DNA of 31,779 nt. It comes from Thecamonas trahens ATCC 50062. Taxonomy: Eukaryota; Protista; Apusomonadida. The notes under the pieces were generated by a model. The model ran no database searches. It saw nothing but the letters and a program-made list of their open reading frames with translations, and was not told where the DNA came from. The stretch covers positions 257,323-289,101 of the forward strand of contig NW_013657631.1 of assembly GCF_000142905.1 (NCBI RefSeq). Reading direction: 5' to 3'. Each line of letters begins with the position of its first letter. Position 1 is the stretch's first letter. Below, piece after piece: positions 8,257-17,200 of this stretch. The position numbers were made by a program, and so were the translations under genes.

Positions 8257-9702
8257 ATGTCGGCTACTTGTGGGCCACCTGCCGAGTGCGGTGAGTACAC
8301 GTCATCGACCGAGGTGACCAACTGGGCAGAGTCGTACTCGTCGCCGTTGGCGTATCTGTTTGCGCCGAGGAGTGAGGACGAGGTGGTCGCCATCGTCACT
8401 TGGGCCGCGTCCATGGCCGAGAGCAAGCCGGGCGATGGTGAGCGGAGGAAGCCGCTGGTCAAAGCCTTTGGCGCCATTCACTCGCCCGGACCGCTGCCGC
8501 TGCCGCTGCCCAAGGACGGGGAGGAGGCCCGGGTGCGGATCGGAGTCAACATGGACGGCATCGATCGGGTTCTGGCCTACGATGGGGAGAAGCGGGTGCT
8601 GACGGTCGGCGGAGGGATGCGACTGGAGGCGCTGAATCGAGTGGCGGCGGTGCTGGGACTCGCGCTTCCGGTCCTAGGCTCGATCTCGGAGCAGTCAATT
8701 GCTGGAGCGATTGCGACTGCGACGCACGGGACGGGCGCCGAGTGGGGCTCGATCTCGGCCCAGGTCCGCGGCCTGCGGCTGGTGGACGGGACCGGGCGTG
8801 TGGTGAGTGCAAGCGCTACTGAGGCGCCTGACGTGCTTGCAGCCGGGCGGTGCCACATCGGTGCGCTGGGTATTGTGACTGCGGTCTCGCTCGAGCTGGT
8901 TCCTGCCTTCAAACTCTCGACACAGAGCTCGCTGGTGCCTGCGGCGGATGCGTTTGCGGCGCTCGATGCGCACCGGACCGCGTCGGACCACACCAAGCTT
9001 CTGTGGTACCCACACAGCGACTTGGTCAAGATTGAGTACACCGATCGGGTGTCGGTGGCTGCGGCGAGCGCGCCTGCGGCGTCCAGCTGGTTCCGCAACG
9101 TAGCGATCGGCCACCGTGCGGTCGAGTTTGGGCTCTGGCTCTCGTCGTTTGCGCGGCCGGTGGAGGCGTGGGTGGAGACGATGTTTGTGGAGGGTGTGGT
9201 GAAGCCGCAGCTTGCGCCGGCATCGGCGCCTATTGTGGACGACTCTGTGGCGCTGTTCAACATGGACTGCCTGTTCTCGCAATACGTAACCGAGTGGGCG
9301 GTGCCGCACGCGGCGGCGCGCGGAGTGCTTGAGCAGCTGCGGGAGCTTGTGCGTGGGGCGTCGTTTGCGGTCCACTTTCCGATTGAGATTAGGTTTGTGG
9401 CTCGCGACGACGAGTCGTGGCTCTCGCCGGCGTACGGCGAGGGCGTGACGTACATCGGGATCATTGTGTACCGGCCATACGGGCGCGACATTGCGCGGTC
9501 CCAGTACTGGGCAGCGTACGAGAGAATCATGCTCGCGGCTGGCGGGCGGCCACACTGGGCCAAGGCGCATCCGCTAACAGCGGCGACGCTGCGGGCGCAG
9601 TATCCCCAGCTGAACGCGTTTGAGGCGGTCCGGGCCGAGCTCGATCCACACGGCCTGTTTACGAATGCTGCGCTTGCGCAGGTCTTGCCGTCGCGGCTGT
9701 AA
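8257..9702 (+). CDS. GULO: L-gulonolactone / D-arabinono-1,4-lactone oxidase (VAO-type FAD oxidase) with C-terminal SRL
   Basis: NWA...P.SEDEV, GAIHSP (His at the covalent-FAD position), LGSISEQSIAGAIATATHGTG, FNMDCLFSQYVTEWAVP, HFPIEIRF, YRPYG, GGRPHWAK, LDP.GLF.N. Confidence 0.9.
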   Translation: MSATCGPPAECGEYTSSTEVTNWAESYSSPLAYLFAPRSEDEVVAIVTWAASMAESKPGDGERRKPLVKAFGAIHSPGPLPLPLPKDGEEARVRIGVNMDGIDRVLAYDGEKRVLTVGGGMRLEALNRVAAVLGLALPVLGSISEQSIAGAIATATHGTGAEWGSISAQVRGLRLVDGTGRVVSASATEAPDVLAAGRCHIGALGIVTAVSLELVPAFKLSTQSSLVPAADAFAALDAHRTASDHTKLLWYPHSDLVKIEYTDRVSVAAASAPAASSWFRNVAIGHRAVEFGLWLSSFARPVEAWVETMFVEGVVKPQLAPASAPIVDDSVALFNMDCLFSQYVTEWAVPHAAARGVLEQLRELVRGASFAVHFPIEIRFVARDDESWLSPAYGEGVTYIGIIVYRPYGRDIARSQYWAAYERIMLAAGGRPHWAKAHPLTAATLRAQYPQLNAFEAVRAELDPHGLFTNAALAQVLPSRL

Positions 9703-9719
9703 ACACAAGCGAGGCGAGG

Positions 9720-11051
9720 CTAGAGCTTGGAGGAGGTGACGCGCTCAATGATGGTGCAAGTTGCCTGGCCATGGCCGATGCACATGACGACGAGGGCGTA
9801 GCGACCGGCGATGCGCTCGAGCTCGTGCACTGCCTTGGTGAGGAGGACGCAGCCCGTGGCGCCCAGCGGGTGGCCATGTGCGATGGAGCCGCCGTTGGGG
9901 TTGACACGGGCGAGGCCGTCGCGCGGGGCAAGGGCCTTGCGCCAGGCGAGAACAACCGAGGCGAATGCCTCGTTAATCTCAATGACGTCGATGTCTTCGA
10001 TGGTGAGGCCGGCGGCCTTGAGCGCCTTGCGGGTGGCCGGGATGACGCCGTCGAGCATGAGCACCGGGTCGGAGCCGACAACGACGCGGGTGACGACACG
10101 GGCGCGCTTGCGAAGACCGAGCGCATCTGCGGCTGGGCCCGAGGCGAAGAGAACAGCGGCTGCGCCGTCGGAGACCTGCGAGGCGTTGCCAGCGGTGACG
10201 ACACCGTCGGCCTTGAAGATGGTGCGGAGCTGAGCCATCTTGGTGCGGTCAATACTGGCGCGCACGCCCTCATCGCGGGAAAAGACAGACTCGCGACCAT
10301 CTGCATCGGTGACGGTGATGGGGAAGGTCTGTGCGTTGAAATGACCGGCGGCGATGGCAGCCGAGGCGCGGGCGTGCGACATCTCGGCGAGATCGTCACA
10401 TTCAGCACGAGAGACGTCGACTTTTCGGCAACCAGCTCAGCAGACTGGCCCTGGTGCACGAGCTGGTGTGGGAAGCCGTCAGCGACGAGCTCGCTGAGAC
10501 CATCCATGGAGACGTCGGAGCCCATCTTTTCGACCGACATCATCTCGACGCCAGAGGCGACGACAACGTCCATGTCGCCGGATGCGATGGCCTGGGCGGC
10601 AAAATGGGCGGCCTGCTGTGACGAGCCGCACATGCGGTTGATCTGGACTCCCGGGACCGAGACCGGAAAGCCGGCCTTGAGCAAAGCGAGGCGAGGCACG
10701 TTTGCGCCCTGCTTGCCCTTGGGCGTCACCACGCCGCCGATCACGTCCTCGATATGTTCGGGCGAGACGTTGGCGCGGGAGACGAGTTCGGCGAGCGTCT
10801 GCGCCAGCAACGAGACGGGATGCATGTTGTGGAGGGCACCATTAGCCTTGCCTGTTGCCAGTCGTAGCATCAGTTCAGTCGCCGTGAGCCATCGGGTATT
10901 GCGCCACATGTCAGTTCAGTCCGCCAGGTCACCCCACGCGCATGAGTCACCACACCGCCTCCCCCCCCCCATCACCACCCGACGTACCACGGGCAATAGG
11001 CGTGCGCACAGCTTCGACAATGTACACGTCGCGTCCAGCAGTTGCAGCCAT
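9720..11051 (-). CDS. Acetyl-CoA acyltransferase (thiolase), two exons (11051-10988 and 10851-9720), with a 1-nt frameshift near 10420 and C-terminal SKL
   Basis: DVYIVEAVRTPIARG|KANG, NRMCGSS (catalytic Cys), TAGNASQVSDGAAA, EINEAFA, NGGSIAHGHPLGATG, MCIGHG. Adding one base at GAAAAGTCGAC restores EKxDVSRAECDDLAEMSHARA, which matches the thiolase consensus helix. Confidence 0.9.
10852..10987 (-). other. Spliceosomal intron (136 nt) in the thiolase gene
   Basis: GTACGT donor and CAG acceptor; splicing gives CGT G|GC AAG (RGK) in frame; CTGAC/CTGAT branch-like motifs are present. Confidence 0.85.
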
Positions 11052-11169
11052 GTCTGGTAGTGATGAGCCAGGTGTTAGACGACTGCCGCGGCGGTCGCCT
11101 GCCACGTCGCACTGCAGCGGCAAGGCTCGCTTCGTCAAAAGGCCGATTGTTTGAGAGATGGACAGAATG

Positions 11170-13506
11170 CTACGGTTGGGCGAGGAGGTAGGTCTTGAGG
11201 GCGGGGAAGATCGGCGAGCCGAGGCCGGTGGCCGCATCCCATCCCTCGGCGGCGGGGTAGCCCCAGGCGGAGCAGCCGATCCAGAGCGATCCGGGCTGCG
11301 AGTCGAGGTTGCACGTCTGGTCGTAGTACATGGCGGTGGTGACCTGGCGGCAGTGGTTGGAGCCCTGAGTGATGTCCGAGAAGGTGCCGATGGGCGCGGC
11401 GTAGAGGTACGGGTTGAGGAAGCCGATGGACGACTTGCCGGCGGCGTACCGCGCGTCGTTGATGAGCGAAATGAGGCCGGCAAACGACGGTGATGACGCT
11501 GACGTGCCGTCGATGCCCGGCATGACCGAGCATGAGCCACTGTCAAACGCGCTGATCTCAAAGTTGTGGCCCATAAAGGCGACGTCCGGCGCCCCGCGTC
11601 CGCCCTGTGCAAAGACTGCAGCCGGCGGCAGCGCCGCCGCGTTCGCCGACAGGTACCCAGCCGCGGCCTTGGCCTGCCAGGTCGGGACCGGGTGGAACTG
11701 CGAGAAGAAGCCGGCCGAGGTGATGGCGGCGCCGGTCTCCGAAGAGCAAGTCACTTCGGTGTTCGGGCCAGTGCACTCGGGCTCGCCCGGGCAGGTGAGC
11801 ATGGTCGCGCCGACCGCGGTCACGTACGGCGACGCGGCCGGGTACTGCGACTGCAGCGAGGCGTCGACTCCGAGGCCGGGGTTGACCGGCTTGCCGTACT
11901 CGTACGCGCCAATGGTGCACGTGATTCCGTTTGCCTGCCATGTCTTGGTCGGGAACTGCGAGGTTGAGCAGTTGGACGAGACCGTCGGCTGGGCGGCGGT
12001 ACAGTCCGGGCCAAAGATTGAGGTCATCTCGAGCGAGCAGCCTGCCTCGGCCACAAAGGTGCCAGAGGTAAACTCGGAGATGGCGGTCGGGCAGACTTCG
12101 AGGACGATCTGGCAGATGAAGCCGCGACCCATGCCGCCGACAGGGATGGCACATGTAAATGACTCGGTCGAGCCCGAGTCCGACGGCGCCGACGCGGTGA
12201 CCGACAGCTGGTTGACGACGCCGTCAGCGTAGCCGGTCTGGTACGGCAGGTTCGACGAGTCGCCGGCAGCGCCGTCGTCGCCGGTCGCAACCATGACAGT
12301 CCACCCGCGGACGCCAAACTTGACAAACTCGGCATCGACGGCGGCAATGTACTTGGCCGAGTCGTAGCCAAACGACGGGCAGTACTGGGTGATGTTCGCC
12401 AGGTCGGCATCGCACTGCCACACCTCGGGCAGGCCGTACGAGAGTGAGAAGACCTGCGGCGTCGACGAGCTGGGTCCGTCCTGTCCAGTCACCTCGTACA
12501 CCCAGTTGAGCATCCACTCTTGCTGGTGCTGCTCGTCAATGTCCGAGTTCCACACCCAGGTCTCGATCCCGGCCCCAATCGACGTCATGTAGTCGACGTC
12601 GAGGTCGGCCTCCAGCTGGCCGGCTGCGCACGTCTCATTGGGTGCAATGCCCCAGCAGTTGTAGCCCTTGGACTGCGCAATCTTGCCGTACGTCGCGTTG
12701 TCAAAGGTCTCGACAAACTGAGCTAGGCACTCGGGGTTGTAGAACGAGCCAAACGAGCCGATGCACTGCTTAGCCATTGTCGCCACCGGTGTGTAGTCGA
12801 TGCCATAGAAGTCGCGCAGCAGCGCAGGCGTCACCTGCGTGTATCGGCCCTTGTACTGCGACTTGCTGCCGCTCGTTGCGACTGTGTCCGCCCCGGTCGT
12901 CGCCTTCTGGCCCGCCCGCTGCGGATGCGAAAAATGGAAGACCTCAGCGAGGCCCGAGACAAGGGCCACGTGCGGCGCAAGCGCCGCAGGCACATGCGCC
13001 GACGATGTGATCGCCAGCTGCGTCGGCGCCGCCTCACCGAGCGCCTTCTTGTCCGCCACCGACATCCAAACGCCCATCTTGGTCCGGAACATCCGCTCGA
13101 CGGTACTCACCGAAGCCGTGATTTTGAGCGTGTCCGAGCGGACCTCGACGGCGACCGGGAACTCGGCGAGCCAGGCCATGACGGCCTCGGCGGCACCGGC
13201 CCGAGCCGCAAACAGCGCCTCGGTGGCCTCAAAGTCGAGATGCTGGCCAGCACGCGGCGAGCCAGGGCTCGACACCGCCAGCAGCTCTGCCTCCAGCTCC
13301 TCCATGGTTTTTTCACGCACTAAATGCACGCGGAACGTGACCCGAGTCTCGCCACCGGCATCGCCTACAAGCACAAAGCCCAGCGGAGCGACCTCCCGCT
13401 TGGCCACCGCCACCCTGTCGCCGTTGTACCCCGTCGTCGTCGTCGCCATGCACATACCCACCAAGCAGATCAGGCCCAGAAGACCAAGCCCAATACCCTT
13501 GTTCAT
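11170..13506 (-). CDS. Peptidase S53 (sedolisin / tripeptidyl-peptidase 1-like) precursor
   Basis: Signal peptide and pro-domain (VSSPGSPRAGQHL, V.AWL); catalytic EADLD (Glu, Asp); oxyanion ATGDDGA; YPAASPYVTAVGAT; GRGAPDVA; GTSASSP (Ser); Ca-site GWDAATGLGSP. Confidence 0.92.
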   Translation of the reverse strand: MNKGIGLGLLGLICLVGMCMATTTTGYNGDRVAVAKREVAPLGFVLVGDAGGETRVTFRVHLVREKTMEELEAELLAVSSPGSPRAGQHLDFEATEALFAARAGAAEAVMAWLAEFPVAVEVRSDTLKITASVSTVERMFRTKMGVWMSVADKKALGEAAPTQLAITSSAHVPAALAPHVALVSGLAEVFHFSHPQRAGQKATTGADTVATSGSKSQYKGRYTQVTPALLRDFYGIDYTPVATMAKQCIGSFGSFYNPECLAQFVETFDNATYGKIAQSKGYNCWGIAPNETCAAGQLEADLDVDYMTSIGAGIETWVWNSDIDEQHQQEWMLNWVYEVTGQDGPSSSTPQVFSLSYGLPEVWQCDADLANITQYCPSFGYDSAKYIAAVDAEFVKFGVRGWTVMVATGDDGAAGDSSNLPYQTGYADGVVNQLSVTASAPSDSGSTESFTCAIPVGGMGRGFICQIVLEVCPTAISEFTSGTFVAEAGCSLEMTSIFGPDCTAAQPTVSSNCSTSQFPTKTWQANGITCTIGAYEYGKPVNPGLGVDASLQSQYPAASPYVTAVGATMLTCPGEPECTGPNTEVTCSSETGAAITSAGFFSQFHPVPTWQAKAAAGYLSANAAALPPAAVFAQGGRGAPDVAFMGHNFEISAFDSGSCSVMPGIDGTSASSPSFAGLISLINDARYAAGKSSIGFLNPYLYAAPIGTFSDITQGSNHCRQVTTAMYYDQTCNLDSQPGSLWIGCSAWGYPAAEGWDAATGLGSPIFPALKTYLLAQP

Positions 13507-14272
13507 AGTATACCTTGTCGAAGAGGTCTGTCTGTCCAGGAATGGTCCTCTGCACGGGGCATGCTCACTCGCTTGTGCTGGTGGCTGCAGCGAGCGGGGG
13601 GAGGGGTGAGTGGTGAAAGCGCCGTCGCATGACTAATGATGTCTTTCTTTGGGTTTGAGGGGGGGGGCAAGCAAAGAATGTGTGGGTCATGCGGTCACAG
13701 GTCCTCCCTCTCCCTGCGCCTCCTCCCCCTTCCCCCCTCCACCGCGTCGCGTGTCGTGGCTAGCCTTGGCCTGTTGCCATTTCCTGCCCATTGACCAGCT
13801 CCAACTCCACCCTCACCACCTGCACCTCACTTCCACTCTCTTTCTACATCACATCCGTACGTTGTGGAGCCATTCTGCGGTTGTCTTTGTTTTCCTTGCG
13901 CCCACTGTTGGTGGCTGTACCGACGGGTGGCGGTGGTGTCGATGGCCGCCTCTCGTGCTGCCGGCCCCGCCTGGCACGGTGGACGACAACGCTGGCTACT
14001 GCGTCGAGCAGGGACATGCTGGTGCACCATGGCCACGGGCATGTTTGCGGGGATATGCACTAGCCAGGATTGTGTATTTGGTTGATGTTGGCCGCGCGAG
14101 CTGGCATCTGGCGAGCTCTGCACGAGGGCTGGGCTTGGGAGTGGAGGCTGGCGGGGCTAATTTTTGGCTACCGGCGTGGCAGGAAGCTGACCTGGTGGCT
14201 CCTGCGGACAAGCCGTGTCATCGGGTGCGACTTACCGAGTTGGAGTTGGGGGACGACGATAGGTGGAGAGGC

Positions 14273-17200
14273 ATGGCGGCTGTATCGGCGTCGTCATCGA
14301 CGGGGCCTGGACTCGATCCGGAGCATGACCCGAGCCTGTGGCAGGAGCTGACAACCGAGGACGGGCTGGTGTACTACTACAATGCTGGGCTTGACATTAC
14401 CCAAGAGGACAAGCCGGCGTGCTTGCGGACCGATGGCGACGAGGCGTTTGATGGCGCGTGGGCATGGGTGCCTGATGAGCAGGAAGGCTACGTCGCCGGG
14501 CGGGTTATCGAGACCAATGCTAACGACGAGCCGGCGGTCATCGAGCTCATCGACGGCGGTACTCGCCGTGTACCCAAGAAGGACCAGGGCTCGACATTTA
14601 CCCTCTCACCGGGCTCGCTCCGCAAGAACCGTGACGACCTTGTGCAGATGGGCGAGATCGACGAGGGCATCATTCTCCACAACCTCAAGAAGCGGTTCAT
14701 GGAGGATACCATTTACACCAACATCGGGCCGATTCTCATCATCGTCAACCCGTACCGGTGGATGAAGCTCTACACCGAAGAGATCATGGAGAAGGTTCGC
14801 AACCGCGGCATCCAGATGCTCAAGCCGCACATCTTCAACATTGCCGACGACGCTTTCCGGCAGTTGTCGGAGAAGATGGCGTCGGGCGAGAATCCGAATC
14901 AGTCGATCCTCATTTCAGGCGAGTCGGGTGCCGGCAAGACCGAGGCGACCAAGCAGGCGCTCAAGTACCTTGCGCACTGCGCCGGGTCGGGCGAGACCTC
15001 GGGCGTGGAGCAGAAGCTGCTTGCGGCGAACCCGCTGCTGGAGGCGTTTGGCAACGCGGCGACGCTGCGGAACCACAACTCGTCGCGGTTTGGCAAGTGG
15101 ATGGAGGTGTTTTTTGACTCACGGCGGCGGATTGTGGGCGCCAAGATCAACAACTACCTGCTGGAAAAGTCGCGTGTCTCGCACCAGATCGGCGGCGAGC
15201 GCAACTTCCACATTTTCTACCAGCTCTGCCAGGCGCGCGAGATTGCGGAGATGTACTCGCTGGGGCGGGCAGAGGAGTATGCGTTTGTGCGCGGGCGGAC
15301 GGTCATCGACGACGCGCACTTTTCAGATGCCAAGGACTTTGCCGAGGTGCTGGAGGCGATGGACATGTTCAACATCAAGGAGGGTGCGGACCGGCAGTCG
15401 ATTTTCCGGTTGGTGGCGGGTATTCTCCACTTTGGCAACCTTGAGTTTGCTCGCGATGACTCGGGCGAGGGCTCGCGCATTCGCAACCCCGAAACGCTCG
15501 CGGTCGCAGCCAGCATGTTCTGTGTGCCAGAGGCTGCGCTCGAGCGTGCGGTCTTGTTCCGGACGCTGACGTTCAAGCGGCAGGATGACGTCATTGTGCC
15601 GCTTACGCCAGAGCAGGCAGCCGACAACCGCAACGCACTGGCACGAACGCTGTACAACTCGATGTTCAACTGGCTGGTGGTGCGGGTCAACCAGGTGCTT
15701 GCGCCCAAGGGCGGAGTCGGCGGCCTCAACCTCATCGGGATCCTGGACATTTTCGGGTTTGAGATTTTCCAGAACAACTCGTTCGAGCAGCTCTGCATCA
15801 ACTACGCTAACGAGAAGCTGCAGCAGCACTTTAACCAGCACACGTTCAAGATGGAGCAGCAGCTGTACATGGACGAGGGCATCAACTTTGAGGAAGTCAA
15901 GTTTGTGGACAACCAGCCGTGCCTGGACCTGCTCGAGCGTAAGCCGCACGGCATCCTCATCATGCTTGACGAGGAGCTGCTCGCGCCGTCGGGTTCTGAC
16001 GATCGGTTCCTAGACAAGCTCAACTCACGGCACTCGAAGAAGACGGAGCGGTTCTCGATGGCGTTCCGGACGCCCAACACGTTCAACGTGGAGCACTACG
16101 CTGGACAGGTGACGTACGACGTGCGCGGGTTTCTGGAGAAGAACAAGGACACGATTGAGAAGGATCTGCTGACGCTTGTGCACGCGTCGACAGACCAGTT
16201 CATCCAGCACTTGTTTGAGTCTGTGGGCGCCGACTCCAAGTCGCGAAAGCAGAGTACGGCGTTCCAGTTCCGGACGCAGCTCGGGTCGCTGATGAAAGAG
16301 CTTCAGGCGACGACGCCGCATTATGTGCGGTGCATCAAGCCGAACTCGGTGTTCAAGCCGCGGATCTGGAGCGGGCGCGACTCGCTGCTCCAGCTGCGGT
16401 ACTCGGGAGTGTTTGAGGCTGTCCGCATCCGGCAGACCGGGTTCCCGTTCCGGTACAGCCACGCCGAGTTTATCCGGCGGTACGGGGTGTTCAACTCGTG
16501 GGCGCGCAAGTCGAGCGAGGCTGCGACGTGCAAGGACATTCTGGAGAGCGTGCGCGGCGACTTTTCCGAGGTGCAGATCGGACGGACGCGCGTGCTGTAC
16601 CGGGCCAAGATGCACCGTGCGCTCGAGGTGCGACTGTCGATCATTCTGCATCGGATGGCGACCAAGGCGCAGGCCGCGTTCCGTGGATTCCGGGCACGCA
16701 AGCTGTTTGCGCAGATGAAGAAGGTGGACGCGGCGATGCGTGCGGCGATGGCAACGCTGGACGTGGACACGCTCCGTGCAGCGATTTCCGAAGCACGTGC
16801 GATGTGGTTCCAACTCGGGGTGACAGACGAGGCGGAGCGGCTGTGCGCGCGGCTTGAGGAGGAGCGCGGGCTGAACGCGGCGATGGAGCGGCTGCGGACT
16901 GCTGGTGACCCAGAGGGCAACTACGAGGAGATTTTCCGGGTCATCTCGCGGGCCGAGGAGCTTGGGGTGGTCAACCCAGACATTGCGGTTCTGCGCGAGT
17001 CGATCCGGTCGATCCACGAGCGCAAGCAGGCGGTGAAGGACCTGGAAGAGGGCGCACGTGAGTTTGACAAGAAGCGGCTCGAGGCCGGGCTGGAGGCTGT
17101 TTCACGGCTCGGCATCTCGTGCGCCGGCGCGGTAGCGACGGCACAGCGCGTGCTGGACCTCATCCTCTCTGAGGAGTCGCTGGTCTCGCGGTGCTCGGCC

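Noticed and set aside
10419-10427. GAAAAG as a programmed -1 frameshift signal
   Set aside because: The same GAAAAGTCG occurs in frame in the invariant LLEKSR of both myosin motors, and GAAAAG occurs in the AGC kinase (YEKV), with no shift needed. The myosin B site is a G-run. No shared slippery heptamer is evident.
13649-14272. 208-codon in-frame extension upstream of myosin A
   Set aside because: It starts at TTG, has Cys/Trp/His-rich non-protein-like composition and no counterpart in myosin B. It is best read as the divergent promoter/UTR region shared with the S53 gene; ATG 14273 matches the paralogue's start.
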